Positions 1 to 10,712 are shown, counted from the first letter of the stretch. The stretch is DNA of 64,000 nucleotides from Amoebidium appalachense (GCA_963693365.1 CAVNZM010000011.1:9144664-9208663); one strand, 5' to 3'. The notes: a model not told the origin generated them from the letters alone. Program-made: numbers and translations.

Positions 1-456
1 GAGCTATTGCCCCGACAGGAACCTAGACTAGCACCACTGCTCAAAATGAGTAAACTTTCTTGCAGTTTATATATATGGTATCGTAACCATAGCATTCGTC
101 GTTTCTAAAGCTTTATACTACACTGATGTCAGCAAGCTTTTTCTCTGGCACGTACTGACTGTGCCCTCTAGCCGATGTACGATAGAATCGACGCCGGCCA
201 AATGCGACCGTTGAAAACGTTGTTAACAACAGCGGGCCCCACGCCATGGGATACAGCAAAACCAGAGACACGAACCCCTTGCCGCGCATAACGCAGAGAA
301 GTGCCATGATCAAAGAAATCGCCATGATTGTGCACATGTTTTTTGAGAGGGCACAATCCAACCCCGATTTCGATGACATTTCCTCGCCACCCAATGCACA
401 CCAACGTCATTATCACAACACTGCTGCTACTTCGGTAACGTTGATACGTTTTGCAT

Positions 457-627
457 TACTTCGCTTGACTCATCAAGCTCTATTTAGAGATGTATTTAGG
501 CCAACTGATTGCCGTTAGAATAGTGTTCCAACAATCAGTGGCCACTAGGAAGCTGACTATGGTATATAGGCGGCGTCGACTCGTTCTACTCGTCTTATCT
601 TTGTTTCCCCGTCGGCCCCTGCTTAGC
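457..627 (+). repeat. Left direct repeat of the DIRS-like element
   Basis: TACTTCGCTTGA...GTCGGCCCCTGCTTAGC aligns by eye with 2972-3137, with scattered substitutions and small indels. Contains an imperfect GGCCA..TGATTG..TTRGAA/TTCCAACAATCAGTGGCC hairpin and a TATA-like GGTATATAGG. Confidence 0.9.
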
Positions 628-910
628 TGTAGAGGGCCGACAGACGGCAGGAGGCTCGGCTTAGCTCGGTAGGGCGGCGTGGCGCCCGGGTAGCAGTCGT
701 TGAGCGTAATTAGCAGTGGTGGGTAAATCTAAATAGATAGCTATTTGCGTAGGGGTGAGCTGCACCCACGGCCTGAGGGCAACTCAGGCTGGGCTGCGGC
801 CCTTTCTAGTTAGGTTCTACGAGCGCGCGTAGTGCTGTACTACGAAAACTGTTTGCGAGCGCGCGTAGTGCTGCAGATAGGTGTAGTGTCTCAATTTTTT
901 CGAAGGCAGG

Positions 911-2593
911 ATGGGAGATGCAAGTGATGCATCCCAACTACCATTGTATCAGACTCTGAGAGTTCGTGCTTGTGTAGATGAGTGGGAGCGTGGGCCCGGG
1001 GTGCGTCTAAAGAAGTTTTGTTCAATCTGGATTAAGTATGGCATCACACCAGAATGGAAGAGTGCGCGTCCTGCCCCTTTTGATGCAGGTGGCTATCTGG
1101 ATATCGGCGAAGTTTCAGAGGCAGAAGCGGTGGTGGAGGTTGAACGGTTAGTGACTAAACGGGCCCTCGAGACAGTGCCTGAAAGCGCAAAATGGTGTGT
1201 TTCGAAGTCTTTTGGGCTGCGAAAGCCCAACGGAAACGTCCGGCTCATGATTGATATGCGTCCTGTGAATGAATACGCCGTCGAACGTGGTGTCAAGTAC
1301 GAAAGCCTCAGCGACTTGTGGGCGCTCGCGCAGCCGGGTGACCACGCTTTCAGTTTCGACCTCGAAGACCGATATTTTGCACTAGCCATTCAACCCCGGT
1401 TCCGCAAGTATTTCCAAATTCGTGTAGGGGGACAACTCTACCAGTACACAGTGCTTCCCTTCGGTTACTCCCTCAGTCCCTACTTTTTCATGCGCCTTAT
1501 GCGCGAGTTCGCGCGTCGGTTACGTGCACGCGGCATCCATTCGTTGGTTTTCCTCGATGACTGGGCCATCTTCGAACAGACGGCACGGGCACTCGACACA
1601 CGCGGGGTGGTGGAGCAGGAATTGAAAGTCACCGGCCTTAAGAAGCATCCGAATAAGGGTCATTGGGACCCAGTGAGTGCCCTCGACCATTTGGGCATCC
1701 ATATAAATTTGGAGGAAGGGTATTTGTCTCCCACAGTGGCGTCTTTGGAAAAATTATCGGGGGAAACACGTTCTTTTATGGCTAAGGCGCACAAAGGACG
1801 GCGGTGGGTGGAAAAGAAGCAGGTGGCTAGATGGCTAGGGTTGGTTGTTAGTTTGCGTGCGGCGGTGCCTCATGTACTCATGGTTGTCCGGCCGGTGTAT
1901 GGTGCTCTACGCGGCGGGAACTGGCGTAGCTTTGTGCTGTTAACGGGTCGGCAGCTACGCATTATCGGTAAAACCATGGGTATAATAGGTCGGCTTCCCC
2001 GCACGGAAATCTGGCCTGAGCCTATCACGGCCACTCTCATCACAGATGCTGCCACCTCACACGGGTGGGGGGCAGTACTACAGTTGGGCCTACCAACCAC
2101 GCAGGCTGTGGAGGCTTTCGGTCGTTGGGCGGAGAGCAATGCACCGCCGGCGGCTGCAGTGGCGGAGTGCGAGGGCCTACTCGAGGCCTACCGCAGGCCC
2201 GAAATGCAGGCCCTAATCCAACGCCAGCGCGTACGCTGGCAGTCAGACGCCCAGGCCGCGTTGGGCGCGGTGCGCAAAAAGGGCAGCAGCAGCCCCGCCA
2301 TGCAGCGAGTGCTATGGCAGCTGCTGCAGTTGTGTTTGGAAAAGGGGCTCCCCTGGCCCCAAGAGCTGTCATACATTCCGGGCGAAGTGAACGACCGTGC
2401 GGATTGGTTGTTGCGGATTGATCCCCGCCACGAGTGGTCGGTTACCCCTGCGGGGGTCGAGCATATCGAGCAGACACTCAGGATTGCACACGGCGGTGGA
2501 TCGGTTTGCTACACCCGTGACAGCAGTCAAACTCACGTTTCACACATGGACCGCGGTGGTCTCACCCGTGAGCGGCGGGCAGGATGGGCTTAA
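911..2593 (+). CDS. DIRS-type reverse transcriptase + RNase H; C-terminus frameshifted
   Basis: RT motifs RLMIDMR, FSFDLEDRYF, YQYTVLPFGYSLSPYFF, VFLDDW and HLGIHIN. RNase H motifs ITDAA..GWGA, AECEG, WQSDAQAA, GSSS and YIPGEVNDRAD. Confidence 0.9.
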   Translation: MGDASDASQLPLYQTLRVRACVDEWERGPGVRLKKFCSIWIKYGITPEWKSARPAPFDAGGYLDIGEVSEAEAVVEVERLVTKRALETVPESAKWCVSKSFGLRKPNGNVRLMIDMRPVNEYAVERGVKYESLSDLWALAQPGDHAFSFDLEDRYFALAIQPRFRKYFQIRVGGQLYQYTVLPFGYSLSPYFFMRLMREFARRLRARGIHSLVFLDDWAIFEQTARALDTRGVVEQELKVTGLKKHPNKGHWDPVSALDHLGIHINLEEGYLSPTVASLEKLSGETRSFMAKAHKGRRWVEKKQVARWLGLVVSLRAAVPHVLMVVRPVYGALRGGNWRSFVLLTGRQLRIIGKTMGIIGRLPRTEIWPEPITATLITDAATSHGWGAVLQLGLPTTQAVEAFGRWAESNAPPAAAVAECEGLLEAYRRPEMQALIQRQRVRWQSDAQAALGAVRKKGSSSPAMQRVLWQLLQLCLEKGLPWPQELSYIPGEVNDRADWLLRIDPRHEWSVTPAGVEHIEQTLRIAHGGGSVCYTRDSSQTHVSHMDRGGLTRERRAGWA

Positions 2594-2852
2594 TTGCCAC
2601 CGAATGGCAGGCCCCCAGCTGGTGGGCGCCACCGTTTCCGTTGATCAAGCGGACAGTGGCGAAGATTCAGCGGGAACGTGCGCAGGGAATTTAGTGGTCC
2701 CGGTGTGAGACACCCCCTTATGGTGGCCGGTGGTGCAAGGGATGGCACAGGCCCACACGGACCTAGCCCCCGAAGAAGTGGTGTTTCCGGTTGGTGTCTG
2801 GACTTGGCGAATGCGTGCCTTCCTATTGGACGGGAGCACCCGCCCCCCTTAA
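2480..2852 (+). pseudogene. Frameshifted DIRS-associated DNA adenine methyltransferase-like domain
   Basis: Read across frames: HTAVDRFATP..., WQAPSWWAPPFPLIKRTVAKIQRERAQGI / LVVPV* / WWPVV...RAFLLDG. This matches the DxFA ... PP..LI..V..KI.....ILVVP.W pattern of the MT domain that follows RNase H in DIRS elements. Confidence 0.75.
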
Positions 2853-2971
2853 TCATGGATTGGATGAAAATCACTCGCCGCACCGGAGGCTCCTGCCATC
2901 CAGCTTTGTGTATGCCATCAATATTTCTGTAAATTAAAAATGTGGTCGCAGATAGCAACAGCCTATCTAAA

Positions 2972-3137
2972 TACTTCGCTTGATTCATCAAGCTCTATTT
3001 GGAGATGTATTTAGGCCAACAAGATTGGTTGGAATATGTTCCAACAATCAGTGGCCACTAGGGAGCCGACTATGGTATATAGGCGGCGACTCGTTCTACT
3101 CGTCTTAGCTTTGTTTGCCCGTCGGCCCCTACTTAGC
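2972..3137 (+). repeat. Right direct repeat of the DIRS-like element
   Basis: Second copy of 457-627. Confidence 0.9.
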
Positions 3138-3211
3138 CCCACCCACCCGCCCGAGCTGTGTTGCATTTCCCCGTCTTTAGCTAGTCCGAGTCTCTTGCTG
3201 ATTGGCTACGG

Positions 3212-3276
3212 CACACACACACACGTAGACACACACCCACACATGCACACATACATGTACACACACACACACACAG

Positions 3277-3367
<91 letters not shown>
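3212..3367. repeat. (CA)n microsatellite
   Basis: Directly visible. Confidence 0.95.
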
Positions 3368-3368
<1 letters not shown>

Positions 3369-5563
3369 ACGCATTGAGGGTAGTGGAGGGGGAGGATAGG
3401 GTAGAGGGGTTTTCTTCGTGCGGTGTGTTTATTTGGATTTTGTTCGTAGAGAGGCAGTGCATGCCATGGTATGTGTACGTTTCTGATGATCGTGCCCGGG
3501 AACTCTAAAGCCAATCGGAACTCAATGCGCCACGCTCTGCGGAATGCTTAGGAGTAGGGAGGCTGACATATCAGACAAACTAAATGTAGATGCCAATCAT
3601 CTGACACGTTCAATCAAATAAAAAAAAAGAGATTTTTAATTTGTCGGAGCTGAAGTCTACCGGAGTTCTTTAATGTCTGCCAGATTTCTATAATATTGGT
3701 GTATGATATATAAGGGCATTAGATGCCTAAAGCCAATCACATTAATCCGTTTTGTTTTAGAGTGATGTGATGTCATCTCGCCGGGCAGCTCTATTTTTCA
3801 AGGGCAGGTGAGTCACGTGATCAGTCGCTCTCCGGGTCGTCCGCGTTCCCTTGAAAATAAGAATAGTTTTAAGTCTATGGCTGATAGATACCTTTTTACT
3901 TTACGTGTCGAGTCCCTCCCAGTGTTAGGTCAGCAAAAACACCAACTACTAGTAGCCTATATGGCGGATACGGTTAGACAATCTCGCTCCTATATAGATT
4001 CGGGGTTTACGCTGTTTACGCGAGGAAAAGTGAGACACTAGTATCAGGTATGGAGGGTTTTTGCTCGGAATATCCCCTCAGCGGTATATCATGATCACGT
4101 ACAATGTTTATTCATGATGTTGTGTCGTTTAAATATGCAAAGATGATTATGTCTTGGCGTTGTAATCGGTTTTTGGTGTCTCCTGCTCGTATGTGTAATA
4201 TGTGTGGGGGGGCGGTTTACTCGCGGCGGCATATCTATCAATAATAATAAGTGTGACCTGTTAGCTAATATGGTAGAACCGGAGGTTATGGGCGGCTTTA
4301 TTCTCTTTTCTACTTCTCTCCCCCAGTATATCCGTTATAAAATGACCGTGCTAGATCACCTTATTAATGCTGCACAGTATGATATTGTCACGGATATGGT
4401 GTCTTAACTTTCTCTCGGAGCTACCAATGCTAGCTTCTGCTTATCCATAATCTGCCCAATGTAATTTGATTTACATTGAATGTGAATCAATCTTGTATCC
4501 CGGGAATTTTGGAAAATCGGTCAATTAGGGTGATTTACATTAAATGTGAATCAAAACCCCCCTTCAAAAAACAGAGCTTTTTCCCGTATAAATGACCCGG
4601 TGGGGTCGAAACTTTGCAAGAGCGAAGGAAACATATATAGTTTTCAAAGCCCCGCGGCTGGGTATGGGTTGTATATGGGCTTTGCGGCGCAGCGAGGGCG
4701 TGCTGGCACACAAAGTTGGATATCGACAACCCATAGAATGATCAATGCTTGCAATCGACTGATTGATGTAAGTGTGCTGCCTTGCAATATGTTACCTCAT
4801 AATGAGCTTCTGAACAGCGTTTCATCTATTGACTAAAAGATGAAGGTCGACCAGTTTCAATGCTTTACACCCCTCGAAGACTGAAAACCATTGGTTGTTA
4901 CACAAAGGAAAACCATATATGGTGTTTAGACGTAGCCTTTTTTGGCTCTTGTAAACAAAGCAACGCACCGTGACCCCTTGAAAGAGCTGCACGTAGATCA
5001 TCTTCCCATACCCGTGATTGAATTGCACCGTTATAATGTCATTTCTCCTTGAGATATACCAGTAGTTGGTGTCTCTTACAATGTACACAAAGAATGGACG
5101 GGGGCATGGAACTTGGTGATGGCAGTGGTGCGGGGTTCGAAGCAGGGGCACTTGACTCGGATTTCTTTGACAATATTTTTTCCGACGATAGCACACAGAG
5201 TGATACAGAAGAAGACAGCGAGGCTACAGAGGATACCGCTCTCTCAGGGAAATGGCGCATTTTTGACCCCAAGCAAGTAGACATAGCACTCAAAGCAGAC
5301 GATCTTGAAAACAGGCTCCTAGACACGTTCAGGCGCAAGTCCAGTAATCCAAACGCCAAATCCTGCTTCGATATATGGCACACGAACAAGGATATCAAAA
5401 CACCTGAATACTGGGCAGATTACGAGCCTCAGTAGACACGGTGGTCGCAGTGTGAAATGATTGGTTAAGTTAGAGTCACGTCACTTGCAGGCTTTGCTGT
5501 TGCCAAAGAGTTCTTCTTGTGTTTTTTCCTTCACCCCCCCCCCCCCCCCCCCTCCCCCCCCCC

Positions 5564-6328
5564 TGTTGGACATTGTGTTCATAGAAGCTAGTTCTAGTGC
5601 ACGTTGTTCCTTCTGTAAGTCAGAAATGATTGCATCTTGTGAGGCCAACCTCTGCTCCAGTAGTTGGACTAGTTGCTGCAACTGTAAGTTGTCAGACATA
5701 GTGTCGTGTATGATGGGTAACTAGTCTATGTGTTTTGTGCACTGGAAACGACAGTAGAAAAGTGTAAATCAAACGTTCTGCTTCCCATGTTTGTGACATG
5801 GGAGGCACTGCTTTATATAGTCGTTGGCCACCTCATGGTGGCCTCGTGTGCACCCTGGTGGTGGGCCATGTACAGCATGGCCGAAAAGAGAGCACAATGA
5901 AAACAAGTCGTTAAAGATATAAAAGTTAACTGTGCACGTTGAGTGGCTAGTTAACTTGCACTAAAGCACACAAATAAACGTGTTTAACACACCAATTGCA
6001 GTTAAACGTAAATCTTGCTTCACACAACTAAAAATATTCTGAGAATATCCGGGAATAAAGCACACTACCACTCTAAGAATAGAATCCTGTGGCAAATATA
6101 GACATGACATCATCTGAACCGGGAATATTAATTAATGAGCACAATTAGCACGTTGCTAGTGAAGCTCGTCATTGGTACAGTTTTGGCTCAAACATATAAC
6201 TACCATATATGAATATGACCGTAAACAAAAGCTCTATGCACTCGAGTGAGTGTTGAAACAGTTATTCAATTGCTCAGAAACTTTCTCTAACAGACATTGC
6301 TAGCCGGGAGTACCAGTGTACTCCAACA
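5564..6328 (-). repeat. 3' LTR
   Basis: No difference from 9924-10688 seen by eye; 7-bp inverted termini. Confidence 0.97.
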
Positions 6329-6341
6329 CCCCTACTCAATT
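6329..6341 (-). promoter_or_regulatory. Polypurine tract (PPT)
   Basis: Minus-strand AATTGAGTAGGGG directly precedes the 3' LTR; a second copy lies near 6415-6427. Confidence 0.7.
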
Positions 6342-6512
6342 GGATAATTGTGGTATGAATTAATGCAACTGAGCTCGAGTGCTTCAGGTGCACAAAATAC
6401 AGACAATAAAGATTCCCCTACTCAATTTTAGTATGGTACACGTAGTTGCACAGTCGGATGCAACTCTCTCCCCCCCTGAAGTATGAGGGCGCAGTTGGTT
6501 GATGACGGGTGC

Positions 6513-7826
6513 TCAGCACATGTTGAGCATCCCCACGGCCTTGGTGAAGAAAGAGGCAGACAGGGCCTTGGTGAACATGTCGGCCTTGTTGTCAGCAGAA
6601 GCCACCGGGACCACAGTGATGTTGCCCAGCAGGTGATGTTCCTTGACGGAGCAGTAGCGGACGTCGATGTGCTTGGTCTTGGGCTTAACCCCCAGGGTGT
6701 CCAGCAGGGCCCGGGCAGACTCATTGTCCCCATGGATGGGCACCGGGGTGGGCTCATTGATAGGATTAAGGCCCAGGTCGTCCATCACATAGTTGAGCCA
6801 TAGGGCCTCGTTCGTAGCAGCAGACATGGCCACAAATTCAGCCTCAGTGGAGCTGTGGGTGGTGATGGACTGGAGCCGAGACACCCAGGACACAGGGGAG
6901 GAGTTTATGAAGAAGACATAGCCCGTGGTGGAGCGCCGGGTGTCGCGGTCCTCGGCGTAGTCGGAGTCGGAGTAGCCAACAAGGTTGGGGGGGCCGGGAC
7001 GGTAGACAATACCCAGGTCGATGGTGGCCAGCAGGTAGCTTACAACTCTGGTAGCCATAGTCCAGTGGGTGACGGTGGGCGCATGAATGTGTCGAGTAAG
7101 GACTCCCAGAGCCTGGGAAATGTCGGGGCGGGTGGTACGCGCAATCCACAGCAGGGCACCGACCAGGCTGGCATAGTCCTCCTTCTTGCTGTAGGCTGGG
7201 GTCTTGTTGCTTTCACTGGCCTGGCCCGGGACGATGGGGGTCTTGGTGCCGGACATGTGGGTGAGACGAAAACGGGCAGCCAAGTCGATGATGTGTTGAC
7301 GATGGCCCAGACGCAGAGACCCGTCCTCCAGCCAGGTAAGAGTGTGCCCGATGAGCAGGGTAGGACGACCCAGGTCCTTGGCAGAGAAACGAGCATCCAG
7401 CTTGGTGAAAAAATCGTCGATGAGCGCATCAGTGGCGGCCGTCACGGTGAAGTCATCCACGTAGGCAGCAAGGGCAATAAATGTTGGGGTCCCGGCATTC
7501 TTGATGAACAGGCACGGGTCAGCAGCACTCACAATGAAGCCTTGGTCGAGGAGATGGTCACGGAGGGCCTCATACCACTGGCGCGGTGCCTGTTTTAGGC
7601 CGTAGAGCGCCTTGTGGAGCAAGCCGACAGCATGGGGGGCCGAGGGGTTGACGAAGCCAGGGGGCTGCTCAATGTAGATGGTCTCGTTGACGGTGCCGTT
7701 GAGGAATGCTGTGTTGACGTCGATGTGGCGCAGAGGCAGACCTTGGGCCACGGAGGTAGCCAAAACCAGCCGGATGGTAGCCAGCGCAGCCACAGGTGAC
7801 TCGGTGACGAAATAGTCCTGGCCAGG
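6513..7826 (-). CDS. Copia reverse transcriptase + RNase H; RT N-terminus missing
   Basis: PGQDY..TESPVA, HIDVNTAFLNG, LHKALYGLKQAPRQW, YVDD, YSDSDYA..RRSTTG, SSTEAE, GDN, KHIDVRY and ADMFTKAL. Confidence 0.95.
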   Translation of the reverse strand, partial: PGQDYFVTESPVAALATIRLVLATSVAQGLPLRHIDVNTAFLNGTVNETIYIEQPPGFVNPSAPHAVGLLHKALYGLKQAPRQWYEALRDHLLDQGFIVSAADPCLFIKNAGTPTFIALAAYVDDFTVTAATDALIDDFFTKLDARFSAKDLGRPTLLIGHTLTWLEDGSLRLGHRQHIIDLAARFRLTHMSGTKTPIVPGQASESNKTPAYSKKEDYASLVGALLWIARTTRPDISQALGVLTRHIHAPTVTHWTMATRVVSYLLATIDLGIVYRPGPPNLVGYSDSDYAEDRDTRRSTTGYVFFINSSPVSWVSRLQSITTHSSTEAEFVAMSAATNEALWLNYVMDDLGLNPINEPTPVPIHGDNESARALLDTLGVKPKTKHIDVRYCSVKEHHLLGNITVVPVASADNKADMFTKALSASFFTKAVGMLNMC

Positions 7827-8043
7827 CAACAGAATGGGACTGCCGAACGACTGAACCGGACCCTCCTCGACATGGTTCGGGCACTCCTGCAGCAGTCCGG
7901 CCTTCCGGTGGGATTCTGGGCCGAGGCAGCTGTGACCGCGGCTTTTATACGCAACATGCTCCCGTCGCGAGCCACCGGCAGCCAATCGTCTCCCGCCCTG
8001 CTGTGGACCGGCATTCCTCCCGACTACAGCCGGCTCCGTGTCT
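7827..8043 (+). pseudogene. Inverted fragment of the copia integrase core
   Basis: The plus strand reads QQNGTAERLNRTLLDMVRALLQQSGLPVGFWAEAAVTAAFIRNMLPSRATGSQSSPALLWTGIPPDYSRLRV, the exact continuation missing from the minus-strand integrase. Confidence 0.95.
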
Positions 8044-10059
8044 AGAGCCGGTGGTAGTGATCTGATGGCGAATGCCATGCTCACGGTTGTAGTCCCCGAA
8101 GGCCGTGCCCATGTACTCGCCCCCCCCGTCGGACTGAAACACCTGCATGGGAACACCGTGTTGGGTAACCGCCGCCTTGTGGTACGTCACATATGCAGCC
8201 AGTGTGTCCGACTTCTTGACGAGGGGCACGGCCGTGGTGTGGCCGGTGAATTCGTCGTGGAACGTCGCCAAGTACTGAGCACCACCGATCGCGGGAGGGA
8301 AGGGGCCGCTGATGTCGCTGTGAACCTTGGCTAGGACCCGGGGAGCTTGGCTAGTTGATTCGGAGAAGGCAACACGGTGGGCTTTCCCGAGGGCACAGGG
8401 CTCACACACACCCGGAGACTTGGCACCGCCACCCACCAACAGGCCTGCAGACTTGATGACCGAGCGTACAGCGTCAATGCCAGCATGGCCCAGACGGTAG
8501 TGCCACGTGTTGAGGTCGGCAGTAACCTTGAGGATACGCGGAGCAGTGGTGGTTTGGGCGTCCGGGGTTGTGTCCGCGCGCAGAAGAGACACCGCCATGT
8601 GGTACAGCTTGGTGCCGACAGCCGAGCCGGTGGCCAGAATTTGATCGCCGTAGCACAACTTAACGCCGCCGCGGGTGTCAAAGCGGGGTAAAACACCGTT
8701 GGTAGTTGCCGTGAACACACTGATGAGAGTGTCGGGGATGGAGGGCACGTAGAGTACATCCGTCAGCTGATGCACCGCAGTAACGCCGTCGATGGTGCTG
8801 GAAAAGAACACGTCGCCCACCCCAAGCACTGCACATGCACCCTTGTCGGCTACTTGGACCGTGGAGTAAGGCGCCGCACGCATGTTGATGAACACATCGG
8901 GCCGGGGGCACACATGGTCAGTGGCTCCAGAGTCGAGGAGCACCTTGTTGGTGCCACAGTCGTTGCTAGACATGAGGAAAGCCCGGGGAGCGGCAGCCCC
9001 CCCCTTGCACTGTGCCGTAGTGTGGGTAGTAGAGGCAGGGTGGTTGATGCAGGACCCAGGCGGGAGGGGACCACCCTTAGGTTTGCGGCCGTTGGCACGG
9101 TTGCCCCCCTTGCACATGGCGGTAGTGTGACTGGTAGACAGTGGGTGGTTGACGCAGGAACCCTTGGGGTAGGTGCTGGCACGGTTGTTGCCAGAGTTGC
9201 TGTGTTGGCCGTTGCCGTTGGGGCACTGAGACTTGATGTGGCCTGGTTTGCCGCAGCCGTGGCAGATGACAGGTTGAGGAGCCCGTGTGGTGAAGGCGGC
9301 CGGCCCGGAGCTGGTAGTCACACGTGCACGTGGGTGGCTGGTCTCATATGCCCGTAGCTGTTGGAGGAGGCCCATCACGGTAGGCTTGGGTGTCATCTTG
9401 TAGGCAATTACAGGCATTTCGTAGTAAGGCACCTTGCCGAGGTCGTTGGTGAGCTTGGTCAGCACTTGAGCATCACCAATTTGTGTGCCGTAATCGGCCA
9501 GGCGCCGCACGTAGCCGCGGAGTTTCATGGCGTATTTCGTCGCGGTGTCCGTAGGTTCAGGCGTAGAATTCATGTACAGCCCGATAAGGTCGTACTGATT
9601 GGCCTCAGATTGCTCCAGGTAGTGGGCAGATAGGGCCGACCATATCTCCGCAGGTGTGGTGGTGCGTGTTAACCCTAGGATACAACGCACGTCAACCGAG
9701 AGTGCTTGCCACAGGTAGGAACGGGCAGTGTCGACCTGTTCACGGGTAGCCGGGTGCTCCGTACTGGGCGCGATGGTGTGGAGAAGACCAGCACCAGAAA
9801 GCTGGACATACATGGTTTCGGCCCATGTGTGGTAGTCCGTGCCTGAATCATTATCAATGCCAGTGAAGAGAGGGATGTCGACCTTGAACTTGATGGAATC
9901 ATTACGTGAGGGGCCCATAACCCTGTTGGACATTGTGTTCATAGAAGCTAGTTCTAGTGCACGTTGTTCCTTCTGTAAGTCAGAAATGATTGCATCTTGT
10001 GAGGCCAACCTCTGCTCCAGTAGTTGGACTAGTTGCTGCAACTGTAAGTTGTCAGACAT
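8044..10059 (-). CDS. Copia Gag-protease-integrase (truncated at the inversion)
   Basis: CCHC knuckle CHGCGKPGHIKSQC, protease LLDSGATDH, WHYRLGH...CEPCALGK, and integrase VHSDISGP / FQSDGGGEY / HQITT. The ATG lies inside the 5' LTR. Confidence 0.95.
9911..9922 (-). promoter_or_regulatory. Primer-binding site, half-tRNA-iMet type
   Basis: Minus-strand GGTTATGGGCCC next to the 5' LTR, as in Drosophila copia (anticodon-arm priming). Confidence 0.85.
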
Positions 10060-10688
10060 AGTGTCGTGTATGATGGGTAACTAGTCTATGTGTTTTGTGC
10101 ACTGGAAACGACAGTAGAAAAGTGTAAATCAAACGTTCTGCTTCCCATGTTTGTGACATGGGAGGCACTGCTTTATATAGTCGTTGGCCACCTCATGGTG
10201 GCCTCGTGTGCACCCTGGTGGTGGGCCATGTACAGCATGGCCGAAAAGAGAGCACAATGAAAACAAGTCGTTAAAGATATAAAAGTTAACTGTGCACGTT
10301 GAGTGGCTAGTTAACTTGCACTAAAGCACACAAATAAACGTGTTTAACACACCAATTGCAGTTAAACGTAAATCTTGCTTCACACAACTAAAAATATTCT
10401 GAGAATATCCGGGAATAAAGCACACTACCACTCTAAGAATAGAATCCTGTGGCAAATATAGACATGACATCATCTGAACCGGGAATATTAATTAATGAGC
10501 ACAATTAGCACGTTGCTAGTGAAGCTCGTCATTGGTACAGTTTTGGCTCAAACATATAACTACCATATATGAATATGACCGTAAACAAAAGCTCTATGCA
10601 CTCGAGTGAGTGTTGAAACAGTTATTCAATTGCTCAGAAACTTTCTCTAACAGACATTGCTAGCCGGGAGTACCAGTGTACTCCAACA
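9924..10688 (-). repeat. 5' LTR
   Basis: Matches 5564-6328; TATA-like CTATATAAAG on the minus strand near 10171-10180. Confidence 0.97.
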
Positions 10689-10712
10689 CCCCCCCCCCCC
10701 CTTTTTTTTTGG

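Larger units (their letters stand above)
457..3137 (+). mobile_element. DIRS-group (tyrosine-recombinase class) retroelement, RT-RNaseH-MT only, bounded by ~170-bp direct repeats; decaying
   Basis: Direct repeats 457-627 and 2972-3137 flank a DIRS/PAT/Ngaro-type pol. No gag or YR ORF was seen between the repeats. Confidence 0.75.
5564..10688 (-). mobile_element. Ty1/copia LTR retrotransposon (hemivirus-type priming), internally rearranged
   Basis: Two 765-bp LTRs with TGTTGGA...TCCAACA termini; gag-PR-IN-RT-RH order; PBS and PPT present; C-runs on both flanks (TSD compatible with CCCCC). Confidence 0.97.

Noticed and set aside
1-456. Short ORFs at the window start
   Set aside because: No recognisable motif or splice support.
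5481-5699. 72-aa ORF identical to the Gag N-terminus
   Set aside because: It is the 3' LTR copy of the gag start reading into flanking DNA.
6855-7598. 247-aa plus-strand ORF and other ORFs overlapping the retroelements
   Set aside because: Antisense shadows of GC-rich pol/gag sequence, with no motifs.
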